Below, one piece after another: positions 11,007-21,062 of a DNA stretch of 34,230 nucleotides. Every line of letters begins with the position of its first letter. Position 1 is the first letter of the stretch. The stretch is taken from assembly GCA_900128395.1 (NCBI GenBank), contig LT649350.1:1-34230 (forward strand). Direction: 5' to 3'. Source of the stretch: Stramenopiles sp. TOSAG23-2 (Eukaryota). The translations under genes were made by a program, and so were the position numbers. The notes below the pieces were generated by a model, which was not told the DNA's origin, did no database searches, and was given only the letters and a program-made list of their open reading frames with translations.

Positions 11007-13799
11007 ATGAGTGGATTATCAGGCTCTTTCTTCAATAATAATAATAACAATAGAAAACGAAGGATTCGTAGCCATAATAATAAAAAAATATTTAACAATT
11101 TAAATAAAAAAATTGTCAAGTATAAAAAATTACATACTACAATTCGTGGAACTAAACACGACGAGGATGATGATGATGATGGCAAATCTTCCTCTGATGG
11201 TTCAGAGGAATCAGAAGAAAGTGATGATGATGATGATGATGATGAAGAAGAAGATGGAGAAGAGGAATCAAAAGAAGCTGAAGAAGCATCTGAGGAGGAA
11301 GAAAAGAAGTCACCACCACCACCACCACAACAACAACAAAGGCAACAAAAAGAAGAAGAAATGCCACCTCAAACTATTGATGAATTTTTAGATAAAGTGA
11401 CTGAAAAAACAGATACAGAATATATTGTACATGATTCATTTTTTAAAATTGTCGTTAGTGATACATATGAAGAAATTTTTCTATGGTTACATTCAAGCAA
11501 TATGAAAGAACTGTTCTTTCACCAATTAACGGTGGATGGTGTTGAAGGCTCGTTACCAGATATGTTTGACACGACGCCAAAAACAGCTGGGTTATATTTT
11601 GATATGGCACCAAATGGTATGGATGTTATACTAGTTGAGGCACAACAAGAATTGTCTTCAACAGATTTAGCTTCAAGTATGTACGATGAAAGTACAAATG
11701 GTATGAAACGTGGCATTTTGAAATATTTCAGACCATTATTTGATGATGATGAAAATGAAGAAATATTGATTGATGTATCAAGTTGGTTTTTATCATTTGC
11801 TACTTTTGCATCATTTGGCCGTCCATCCAGTGCACTTGGCAATACGAATATATTGTTAGAGACACGTGGATATGAAGAAAATTTTTTCCTTCGTATAGCG
11901 ACTCAAAAACCTGGTACTACTCCATTGAAAAGGACATATGGTTTTGATCAAAATCCAACAATTTATTTCACAGTAGCATTTTGTTTATTACCAAAAGAAG
12001 TCATGACACCACGTATGCACGATAGGAGAGTTGGATATTTTACTACATCTATTTTGAAAGGTGAAGAAAATAAAGTCACGCTTGAAAATTTTGTTATAAA
12101 TCGTTGGAATTTTGATCGTTTAGGTGGGACATTGAAATATTGCATTGATCCGAATGTACCGAAATTGTACCATGAAACTATTAAACACGGTGTACATTCA
12201 TGGAATCCATCCTTTATTGCAGCAGGTTTTCCTGAACCTGGACCTATACGTTGCGTAGCACCAGGAGATGTTGATTTTCCAGACGATTTTGCACGGGGGG
12301 ATGCACGGTTCAGTGTTATTTACATGACCAATCCATCCATGGCTGGATTACTTGGATATGGCCCATCAATTGTTGATTTTCGCAGTGGGGAAATATTAGT
12401 TGCACATTGCTTACTTGGTTTTAAACCATTCGTTGAAAGTACATCAGCTGGGAATTATGATGGTTTAATTAACGAGGAGGAATACGATGATGAAGCAAGT
12501 AATGGATGCGGCAGACCGTTACTCGATGCAAATCATCCTGATGTATTGAAAAATATTTTACACACTGTCGTACATGAAATTGGCCATACACTTGGTTTAA
12601 GGCATAACTTTATCGCAGCGGAGGATGGAAATACCAGTTGCATGGCGTATGTCGATGATTTAGATATTACGGATCCAAAAATTCCAAAATATGGTGGGCA
12701 TTTTTTATTGGAACCTGGGATATATGATACATATGCAATTAAATATGGTTATACTAAATTGGATGGTGAAGTGAAAGGAAAACGCCATGAAAAGTTGTAT
12801 CTATTAGGAAATGGTCAAAATATAACAGATATGAAAAAAAGCAGTACGCCTCAAAATCCATTATTTGCTACGGATGAAAATATAATGGATGGATTTGATC
12901 CACGCATTAATAGATGGAATAATCGTGTAAAAGATATGGGGAAAAGAGATTTGGAACTTGTCGCTCAAAAAAGATCAAATTTGTTGTTTAACGTAATGAA
13001 TGGCACAATTAGGCCAGAGACATATACTGGACGAATTGTTCGATTAATGGAAAGAGTTGCAAGGCATTTGTCCGATAGCTCCGTATTTATAGGTGGTGTT
13101 GAAATGGATCGAACGAGACGTTCATTAAAACCAGTCTCACCAACTGATGTTAGAAATTTCATTAGGACGGTTATTGATTATACCGTTGGCCCACTATTTC
13201 GTTTTAATTCTGATGAAGGTTCCTACATGCTGGCACCAACAAATCAAACGTATCGTATAGCACCAGTGCAACCATTGGGAATGCATTCTCAACAATCCCA
13301 AGCAATATTAGGTGCGATGCTTTATACAGGTAGATTAACAAAAATGGAAGCGCATCGGTCTCAATGGAAAGAACATATGAAGCTGACATTACAAGACTCA
13401 CCCGATGCACAAATTAATATGGAAGATTGTCCATTGAGTACATACGATTTATTAACAGGACTTGCATATGGAAATGGTAATATTGCACCTGGTATCTTTT
13501 ATCCATTTGATATGAATGGTTGTAAAAATATAAGTCCATCCGAAGTAACAGCAGCGGGGGAAGATCATTTACGTATGGAAGTACATGAAATATTTGGAAA
13601 TCATGTACATTCATTATTATATAATCGTGGTGTACATAGTTCCATTAGAGCATCCTCTCGAGCTTTTGCAAAACATGTTCAAGAAGGTTTGGATTGGTTA
13701 GAGAAAAATGAAGGGGACATATCTATTGTAGCATATAGTCAATGGGAATTTGTATTTAAACATATTTTGACTCCACCACAATTAATGACGATGATGTAG
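11007..13799 (+). CDS. Zinc-dependent Met-zincin metalloprotease (DUF5117/DUF4953, EcxA-like bacterial family)
   Basis: HEIGHTLGLRHNF zinc motif, Met-turn SCMAY, PGIYDTYAIKYGY, MTPRMHDRRVGYF, DFRSGEIL. Start moved from GTG 10944 to the first in-frame ATG at 11007. Confidence 0.9.
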   Translation: MSGLSGSFFNNNNNNRKRRIRSHNNKKIFNNLNKKIVKYKKLHTTIRGTKHDEDDDDDGKSSSDGSEESEESDDDDDDDEEEDGEEESKEAEEASEEEEKKSPPPPPQQQQRQQKEEEMPPQTIDEFLDKVTEKTDTEYIVHDSFFKIVVSDTYEEIFLWLHSSNMKELFFHQLTVDGVEGSLPDMFDTTPKTAGLYFDMAPNGMDVILVEAQQELSSTDLASSMYDESTNGMKRGILKYFRPLFDDDENEEILIDVSSWFLSFATFASFGRPSSALGNTNILLETRGYEENFFLRIATQKPGTTPLKRTYGFDQNPTIYFTVAFCLLPKEVMTPRMHDRRVGYFTTSILKGEENKVTLENFVINRWNFDRLGGTLKYCIDPNVPKLYHETIKHGVHSWNPSFIAAGFPEPGPIRCVAPGDVDFPDDFARGDARFSVIYMTNPSMAGLLGYGPSIVDFRSGEILVAHCLLGFKPFVESTSAGNYDGLINEEEYDDEASNGCGRPLLDANHPDVLKNILHTVVHEIGHTLGLRHNFIAAEDGNTSCMAYVDDLDITDPKIPKYGGHFLLEPGIYDTYAIKYGYTKLDGEVKGKRHEKLYLLGNGQNITDMKKSSTPQNPLFATDENIMDGFDPRINRWNNRVKDMGKRDLELVAQKRSNLLFNVMNGTIRPETYTGRIVRLMERVARHLSDSSVFIGGVEMDRTRRSLKPVSPTDVRNFIRTVIDYTVGPLFRFNSDEGSYMLAPTNQTYRIAPVQPLGMHSQQSQAILGAMLYTGRLTKMEAHRSQWKEHMKLTLQDSPDAQINMEDCPLSTYDLLTGLAYGNGNIAPGIFYPFDMNGCKNISPSEVTAAGEDHLRMEVHEIFGNHVHSLLYNRGVHSSIRASSRAFAKHVQEGLDWLEKNEGDISIVAYSQWEFVFKHILTPPQLMTMM

Positions 13800-14166
13800 G
13801 GAGATGGGGAGGCACACGTATATTATATAGTGTTGTATATATATATATATACGAGTATATATTTGAGGGAGGTGTATCAAAATAATGATAATGTATGATA
13901 CATACACACAGTTTTTTTTTTATAAAAAATACGAAATCCACAAGATAAAAATTGGAGTCTCGTAGTTTTGTACGAACCGTAAAAATAATGCATAGGCGTA
14001 CATCAACATATGCATTACCTTGTACGAGTATGATCCGGCACGGATCTTATTACGAGGTATTATATATATATATATTTAATACATATGTAGACAAAAATTA
14101 AACTCTTTTTTAGATATTCGTATTCGTACTTTTTATAAAAAAATAATTAAAAAGACATTTACCCTC

Positions 14167-15255
14167 TTAGCCTCTAATGTTTCTACGTTTGCTTGTATTC
14201 ATACTACTATCATACATAAAATTTGCACTTTTCTCAACACTTTCCATTAATCCTTTTAAGTAACCAAGTGCGAATAATCTACCAAGAAGATGGTAACCAG
14301 GTAATTTGTTATCTTCCGTTTCCATTGTTGGAACATGATCAGGACGAATTGTACATTGTAAACCAGCATCAAAATATGCTTTCATAGCATCGTACATATC
14401 AATATCTCCAGTATCTTGCCATGTTTCATAAAATTCTGTCCCATCTTTATTCTTACAAATTACATTACGAGCATGTACAAATTTAATTTTCTTCCCTAAT
14501 CGTTTGATTGATGCTGGAATATTAATACCCCGCGATGCAAATGTTCCTTGACAAAAACATATTCCATTGCGTGGCGACGGGACCAGCTCACATACTTTTT
14601 CTATATGATCAATATCATAAACTATCTGTGGCTGACCATGTAAATCAGCTACTGGTGGGTCATCTGGATGTAATGCTAAATCAACCTCATATTTTTCACA
14701 TATAGGTAATATTTCCTTTAAAAAGTTTTCTAAATTTTTCCACAATTCATCTGCTGTTGTAATTTTAGATTGTTTCTTATGACCACTAACTTCTGCTGGT
14801 GTATCTTTAATATTAAACGATGTGCTCAATGCTCCACCTCGTTGTGGATCATCCGTGGAGGTTCTTGTCCAATCATCAGATGGCATCCAATTGTAACAAA
14901 ATGTTTTTACTCCACACTGTGCCATATTTTGAATTAAAGTTTTTATGTTGGCAATTTGCTCTTCTTTACCCGGCAAATTGTGAACAATTTTATCATGTGG
15001 TACAAACCTTTCAATCACTGAGACTTTTAAATTATGTTTTGCCATGTCTTTTACTGCATTATCCAATTCTTCCAATGTAAATCCAGGACATGGTAATACA
15101 ATATCAGTAGCACCAGCTTGAGCAGCTAATTTCAAGTTGGATAGGTTAGATATTTCTGGTACTAATAATATGCCTAGTTTCATGAATGGTTTATTTGATA
15201 TTCCATTAATGGAGTTTTTGTCAGTACTGGTGGTGGTAGTAGCTAATGACGCCAT
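14167..15255 (-). CDS. uxuA: Mannonate dehydratase
   Basis: CYNWMP..DWTRT, LALHPDDPP, NGICFCQGTF, FVHARNV, RPDHVP, PGYHLLGRLFALGYLKGL. Start moved from TTG 15285 to ATG 15255. Confidence 0.96.
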   Translation of the reverse strand: MASLATTTTSTDKNSINGISNKPFMKLGILLVPEISNLSNLKLAAQAGATDIVLPCPGFTLEELDNAVKDMAKHNLKVSVIERFVPHDKIVHNLPGKEEQIANIKTLIQNMAQCGVKTFCYNWMPSDDWTRTSTDDPQRGGALSTSFNIKDTPAEVSGHKKQSKITTADELWKNLENFLKEILPICEKYEVDLALHPDDPPVADLHGQPQIVYDIDHIEKVCELVPSPRNGICFCQGTFASRGINIPASIKRLGKKIKFVHARNVICKNKDGTEFYETWQDTGDIDMYDAMKAYFDAGLQCTIRPDHVPTMETEDNKLPGYHLLGRLFALGYLKGLMESVEKSANFMYDSSMNTSKRRNIRG

Positions 15256-15977
15256 GATTAAATAGACTATAATTACTTTGAACAATTTCGACTTCTATAC
15301 CATTAGTGTGGTACTAGTTTTATTATTATTATAATGTTTTTTATATGTATATGTAAAATAATAATTTGTTGATATTGTTTATTCTTTCAACAAATTAATT
15401 AATCATCTGGTATAATAATATAATAATAATATAATAATAATTAATAAATGTGCTAATTAAGGTATATGAAGAATTAAGAAGATTTTATTCTAAATATTAC
15501 AAAAATGTAATAATATCATTAAGAACTAACGCACTAACGACACAAACACAACATTTTCCCTTAATTTATTTATCTTCGATTTTTTACAATCAATAAATAA
15601 TAATTTTTGGTTTGAAATAATAATAATTTCAATAATTGTGCAATTCTAAAATACTTTTAATATAAAAAATACTTTAACTTGTATAATAATGGTACATACC
15701 TGCCTGGTATTCCTACTATTAATATAATACTGTATTCCTTGTTAATATTTATTAGGAGGAGGAGGTTAAGGTAATCCGAAATGTGCAATTGGTAATCTGT
15801 GGTAAAATTAATAAATAATAAATAATAGATTTTTCAGCATTTCAGCACATCAGCTGTCGCATTAGTACCTGGGTACACATGTAATCATAACAATAGAATA
15901 ACAATAATATTATAAAAGAAGAAATAAAAATAGAAGGTAAATAAATAATCCAAACGTACAAGTAAAATTTAAGTACC

Positions 15978-16808
15978 ATGTTAAATGCCGAGAAAGATGT
16001 TTTAAGTTCTGCATTGTATAAAGCAAGAAATGAAATTAAACGTTTAGATTTAGATAATTTGTATTCATTTTTATCCTCATTAGCAACACAAGCTGCTTTA
16101 TTAGCTGGTTTTGCTTTTGGTGCTTTGCAACCATATGATACAGACAACGATTCATTTTGGAATGTATGCTTGCAACTTTTTGTCATTGTTACTTTAGGTG
16201 CAGAGATGTATGTTGTATGCAATGGCATGCTTGTAACAGTGCTTGGACCTACACTTGCACTAAATGGTCCAAAAGGAAGTATGGAACGTGCTGTATATTT
16301 AATGAGACGTGAGCGCGGCACAATTTTTAATATGTTTGGTATTGGTTTATTAGGCTTCTTTGGAATGATTATTTGTTTAAGTGCTATATATATGCCCATT
16401 GGTATAGCTGCTGTATGTATGGTCATCAGTGCTGGATTTGCTGTTTTAACAATAACCGTGTCTAGGCGTATATTGATAGATTTTAAATTTGAAGAGCCAA
16501 AATACACTGAAAGAGTTAGGGTCGGTAATGATGGCAATCCTTTAACTGCAGTTGATGATACATACAAAGAGTCCAATAATAAAAGTAAACGAAAATCAAT
16601 TGGACAGGGAAATATTAGTGCAGCTGAATTTTTGAATATGGATGATCCTAATGCTGGTAAATTTGTAGATAGCAGTAATGATAAAGTTCAAAGAGGTGAT
16701 GAAGAAGTGGAAGAAATCGAACGAAGAAATAATCGAAATAATCTCGATACAAATAATATAAACGAGTCATCAACAACAAATTTATTAGCTTCAGTATTTA
16801 AAAAATAA
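15978..16808 (+). CDS. Four-TM membrane protein with Orai-like TM1
   Basis: Four hydrophobic segments; QAALLAGFA resembles Orai TM1 SALLSGFA; loop GPTLALNGPKGSM. The coding call is solid, the Orai relationship is tentative. Confidence 0.65.
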   Translation: MLNAEKDVLSSALYKARNEIKRLDLDNLYSFLSSLATQAALLAGFAFGALQPYDTDNDSFWNVCLQLFVIVTLGAEMYVVCNGMLVTVLGPTLALNGPKGSMERAVYLMRRERGTIFNMFGIGLLGFFGMIICLSAIYMPIGIAAVCMVISAGFAVLTITVSRRILIDFKFEEPKYTERVRVGNDGNPLTAVDDTYKESNNKSKRKSIGQGNISAAEFLNMDDPNAGKFVDSSNDKVQRGDEEVEEIERRNNRNNLDTNNINESSTTNLLASVFKK

Positions 16809-17264
16809 AATTTAAATAGAGGACCACAGAGATTGGTATAATATATTCGTACTTTCGTAAAAATATTTTGATGTTTTTTTATTTTCTCTAGAGAGAATAC
16901 ACACACACACAAATGTGATATATTGATAATATTTTTATAAAATATAATATATATATGATATATAGACGGAAATCAATATAAGGAATTGCATGAGGACATG
17001 ATGGCATATGCATCTATAAATAAAAAAGGCGAACCGCGATTGCAGGCAACACCGCCATTTAATGATGGAGCAGCTTTATCTGAAACACATGACACGGAAC
17101 ACATCAGGAATGACTCTATTCGTCACACATCGGTTCAATCAAAAACAAATACAAAAACCAATAACTCACGAATTGAGAACTCCCATGATGAGATATATAT
17201 ATATATAAATAATTTCCTAATGTTTATACGTATGCATATGATACCAGTATAATAAATGAGTATT

Positions 17265-17511
17265 TAAATCATTTTTGATTTGAGATGTTAATTTCCGGGA
17301 GTAAAAGAAATTTATATAAATACATGAGTAAGAGAAAATTTTTATATATTATATAAAATGTTCTCTTACTCATTATATAATATATTTTGAAATATATATA
17401 TATATATATTTAAATTATAATATATATTATATATAAAATGTTCTCTTACTCATATATTATATAAATTTCTTTTACTCCCGGAAATTAACATCTCAAATCA
17501 AAAATGATTTA
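17265..17511. mobile_element. MITE-like foldback element with 55-bp perfect terminal inverted repeats
   Basis: 17265-17319 is the exact reverse complement of 17457-17511. Imperfect pairing continues inward (atgagtaagagaa / ttctcttactcat, the latter present twice). Both ends are TA. Confidence 0.7.
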
Positions 17512-17770
17512 TAAAATTTAGTAAAAATGATTTAGTATTCAAAAGATTGTTCCTCTGTCTGTGATTCAGAGTTAGACGAAAGAGATACTCCTTCATAAAG
17601 TTGTAAATCACATGGTTTAATCAATCTAAATGTTTTTGTATTGTCATTATCCAATTTAACTTTTAATATATACGAAGTATACATTTTTATTACGAAGTAT
17701 GTATGATTACATACGAGTATGATATTATATCTATCATTATGCATATATATCATATATAATATATGATACT

Positions 17771-20170
17771 TTAATTTAATTTCAACACACCAAATTCTCT
17801 TCTTGTCGGATCTGGAATATATTTATAAACTTCAATTCTACGCATTTTTGAAATATCCAATCCTTTCTCCTTTGCAGTACAAGCATCTACAAATGTTAAT
17901 TCTCGTTCCAACGTTTCAACAGTACCTTCACTGACTCGCCTAACTTTCGCTTCCACATCATTTTTAAATTCCCAAAATTTTAATGGCAAAAACCATAAAA
18001 TGATGAAAATAATACCTAACACGAAAAATATAAAGGAAATAGAACCATATATAGTTCCACCTACATTGTTCACATGCATGACAAATCCTTTTCCACTCCC
18101 TAATACATTTTCATATGTCAACCCAAATAAAACTTGCGAGAAAAATAAATGGTTTAATAATGCAATTGGCAATCCATACTTGACTACTACCTTAAACATG
18201 AAGACACCGTACAACGGAGGATTTTTATATCGTTGTAAAAAACAGAATTTTTCAATGAAATAACATTGGAAAAAGCAAATTGAAATTAATAAAGGCAATA
18301 ATCTAGGATTATCAACTCCAGATGCAGTCATCCCTACCATTAAAAATTTTAATAAAATTTGATACCGCAGAAATGGTTTGAAATCAACACCAGAAAATGC
18401 ATTGTTTAAATGTTTCTGATAATATGCACCGCTGATTGCACCCATTGTTTCACCGAACCATGGAGGGCATAGGAAGTCGATATTATTAATTAGTAATATA
18501 TCCCCAATTAAATTTCCAAATAAGAAATTACCACAACCAGAACCGAAAAGATGCATGGTGTATGCCCAGCAACTGCTTTCATCAAACTGATAAATTTCCA
18601 ACGGTGTAAATTCCCCTGTAATGATGGGATCTCCAGTGTAATTAAAACGTGGAATTTGACAATTTTTTGTTGGTAATCCACTGCCCCAACGTGAAATTTG
18701 TTCATTGCTCAATGCTGTCAACATCGTAGCTTTTTCATCTAATCCGAAAACATACAAAGTAGCAAAAATTGTACCCGCATATTGAAACCATGATAACTTT
18801 AAAAAAGCACCAACTTCTAATGTAGATCTGGTATTGACTCCTTCCAACACACTCAGCAATGGCATTAATAATACGATACTGGTTATGCAGCATAAGATAT
18901 TCCCCACTGTTCCTAATAAAGCAATAAATGGTTTATCACGTGCATTAGCTTTATTCAGTGCGGCGCAAAATACCATCACAATTCCAACAATTGCTAAATA
19001 AACGAAACTGAAGAAATGTATAACAATTTGCCTCAATAAAGTTTGACGATTTCCTATTTGTAAATTACGCCACAATATATCTGTAGGTTCTGGTGCCTCG
19101 ATAACAGTTAAATTGACATTGCCATTACGAAATTTTTTTCGTGTTTCTTCATACTTAGCATTTTTAGTCGTAAATGCCTCTAAACATGCACTTTGGTCAT
19201 CACTTAAAGAAAATGCAACAAATGCTTTACCAACACATGTATATTTTTGCTGGTTCAATTTTTCCCATTTTTTCTGTACTTTATCTTTTTTCTCTTTTAA
19301 ATTTTTAATCAATTTCGCATCTTTTGGATTTGCATATTTAATAGCATCTTCTGTTTCTAAAATTGCATATGCCGTTTCAATTCTACTAGAATCATCACGT
19401 ATTAACGAAACACCAAACTGATCAAATTGATTGTCATATAATTTGGCATTTGGATTACCATTTGGATCGAAATGTAAATTACCAAATTGTTTAAAATATT
19501 CATGTACCTCCTCCACAGTTGTATCTTGTGGTAAACCATCTACTTGTACTACATAATCCCTTGATGTGATATTTAATGCATCCAGCAAACGATGTTCACT
19601 TTCCATATCCCTTCGAACATACAACATATATCCAATAAAGAAGCATACAAATATCATATCCCATACAAATGTCACATCGACCCAGGAAATATGCCTTGGG
19701 TTTGCAAGTTCAATCACCCAACCAATACAACCAAATACCCATACAATTAGAAAGAAACCACCAGTTTCTCTCATAAAATCAAATGTTAATTTCGTACCAA
19801 CGCCTAAATCACTAAATTCTTTCAACGGGACATCATAAATATTTTTCCATGTTGATTTTGGTTTACCAGTCACTTCATCACAAATAATTTTTGTTTTGGA
19901 CGCATCAACTTCAAAGCCCCAAGGGATACCAAGCTGTTCATTTTGTATAGGTCGATTATTGAGATAATGTTGCCATGCTAGTTTCATATGTTTCATATCA
20001 ATTTTTCCTTTGTCATCACGTTTGATAATCATAGGCTTTGCATCCTGTTCTATATCTTCTTTTGCTGACGGTGTATCGGACGGTACAATATTTGATTCGT
20101 TATTATCATTATCCACATCAGTCGATATAACTTTGATATTGTCTCCTTCTACATTAACTACTTTTGCCAT
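17771..20170 (-). CDS. OSCA/TMEM63 (CSC1)-like mechanosensitive cation channel
   Basis: 799-aa multi-TM protein with cytosolic RRM-like DYVVQVDGLP...GKAFVAF and the signature EAPEPTDILWRNL; C-terminal RYKNPPLY. Confidence 0.85.
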   Translation of the reverse strand: MAKVVNVEGDNIKVISTDVDNDNNESNIVPSDTPSAKEDIEQDAKPMIIKRDDKGKIDMKHMKLAWQHYLNNRPIQNEQLGIPWGFEVDASKTKIICDEVTGKPKSTWKNIYDVPLKEFSDLGVGTKLTFDFMRETGGFFLIVWVFGCIGWVIELANPRHISWVDVTFVWDMIFVCFFIGYMLYVRRDMESEHRLLDALNITSRDYVVQVDGLPQDTTVEEVHEYFKQFGNLHFDPNGNPNAKLYDNQFDQFGVSLIRDDSSRIETAYAILETEDAIKYANPKDAKLIKNLKEKKDKVQKKWEKLNQQKYTCVGKAFVAFSLSDDQSACLEAFTTKNAKYEETRKKFRNGNVNLTVIEAPEPTDILWRNLQIGNRQTLLRQIVIHFFSFVYLAIVGIVMVFCAALNKANARDKPFIALLGTVGNILCCITSIVLLMPLLSVLEGVNTRSTLEVGAFLKLSWFQYAGTIFATLYVFGLDEKATMLTALSNEQISRWGSGLPTKNCQIPRFNYTGDPIITGEFTPLEIYQFDESSCWAYTMHLFGSGCGNFLFGNLIGDILLINNIDFLCPPWFGETMGAISGAYYQKHLNNAFSGVDFKPFLRYQILLKFLMVGMTASGVDNPRLLPLLISICFFQCYFIEKFCFLQRYKNPPLYGVFMFKVVVKYGLPIALLNHLFFSQVLFGLTYENVLGSGKGFVMHVNNVGGTIYGSISFIFFVLGIIFIILWFLPLKFWEFKNDVEAKVRRVSEGTVETLERELTFVDACTAKEKGLDISKMRRIEVYKYIPDPTRREFGVLKLN

Positions 20171-20222
20171 TTTATGATAGTAATAACAATGACAATAATT
20201 GTCTATATATTTTATATGTATG

Positions 20223-20316
20223 TATATTTATTAAATACTAGTCTATATATATATTGTAATAAATATTTATAATATATTCTTATTTATATTTATTAAATAC
20301 TAGTCTATATATATAT
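20223..20316. repeat. Local 32-bp direct duplication upstream of the OSCA-like gene
   Basis: tatatttattaaatactagtctatatatatat at 20223-20254 and 20285-20316. Confidence 0.8.
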
Positions 20317-20777
20317 ATATATACTGGTGGTATGCCAGTATGGCAACTGACTTTGTATTAAATATTATTTCAGTAAAAAGATCGTGATTCAAGTCGTCTC
20401 GGGATGTTCGTCATTCGTCACACATCATTATTTTAGAGATCTATACTGTACTTTAACTTACCACACCTTAGCACACACTGGTGGTAAACTTGGCAACTTG
20501 CAATACAGTGTATTATTGGAATAGCATTGCCAGATTGATTGAGGTACAGCAGTATTCTTTATACTGTTTCTATACTAAGCTAAGGTATGTTTTCTGTTTC
20601 TATATAAACATACTAGTATGAACATATGGAAGCTGCAAAAGCTCTCTTACTATACTTCCGCTTTGTTGGAGATCTTTACAAAAATCTGGTTTTAGCAAAC
20701 TGCTTTTTAAAAAAGGTAATACCAAATGAACAGAAGAGATGTATGTAATATATATATATACATATATATATATATAT

Positions 20778-20859
20778 TGGTTAAAATCTAAGTTATAATA
20801 ATTTTACACTTCTCGTGTTAAAGTAATATGCTCAAAATACTCAATCGCAAGAATAATAT
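20778..20859 (+). repeat. Dispersed ~82-bp repeat, copy 1
   Basis: tggttaaaatctaagttata...attttacacttctcgtgttaa..gtaatatgctcaa..tactcaa.cgcaagaataatat; near-identical to 27844-27925. Confidence 0.9.
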
Positions 20860-21062
20860 GCTATCCTACTATAATAAAGCTCTCCTGACGTCGCCGCAAG
20901 CTCTCATGCGCCACCGCAAGCTAATACTCCATAAGCACAAGTAGGTCTGAATCCAGTATAACACACTCGATGAAAGTGGTGTGAATAGTCCATAGGTTTT
21001 CATATAATTTTACACAAAATCGTTTTTGACACCCCAACCCACTCCATCCACACCCACACACA

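Noticed and set aside
15256-15285. Apparent signal peptide on UxuA (MFKVIIVYLI)
   Set aside because: Depends on a TTG start with an in-frame stop just upstream; the first ATG is at 15255.
16986-17252. 88-aa ORF beside the inverted repeat
   Set aside because: Short, no recognisable motif, runs into a TA tract; a small gene or relic cannot be fully excluded.
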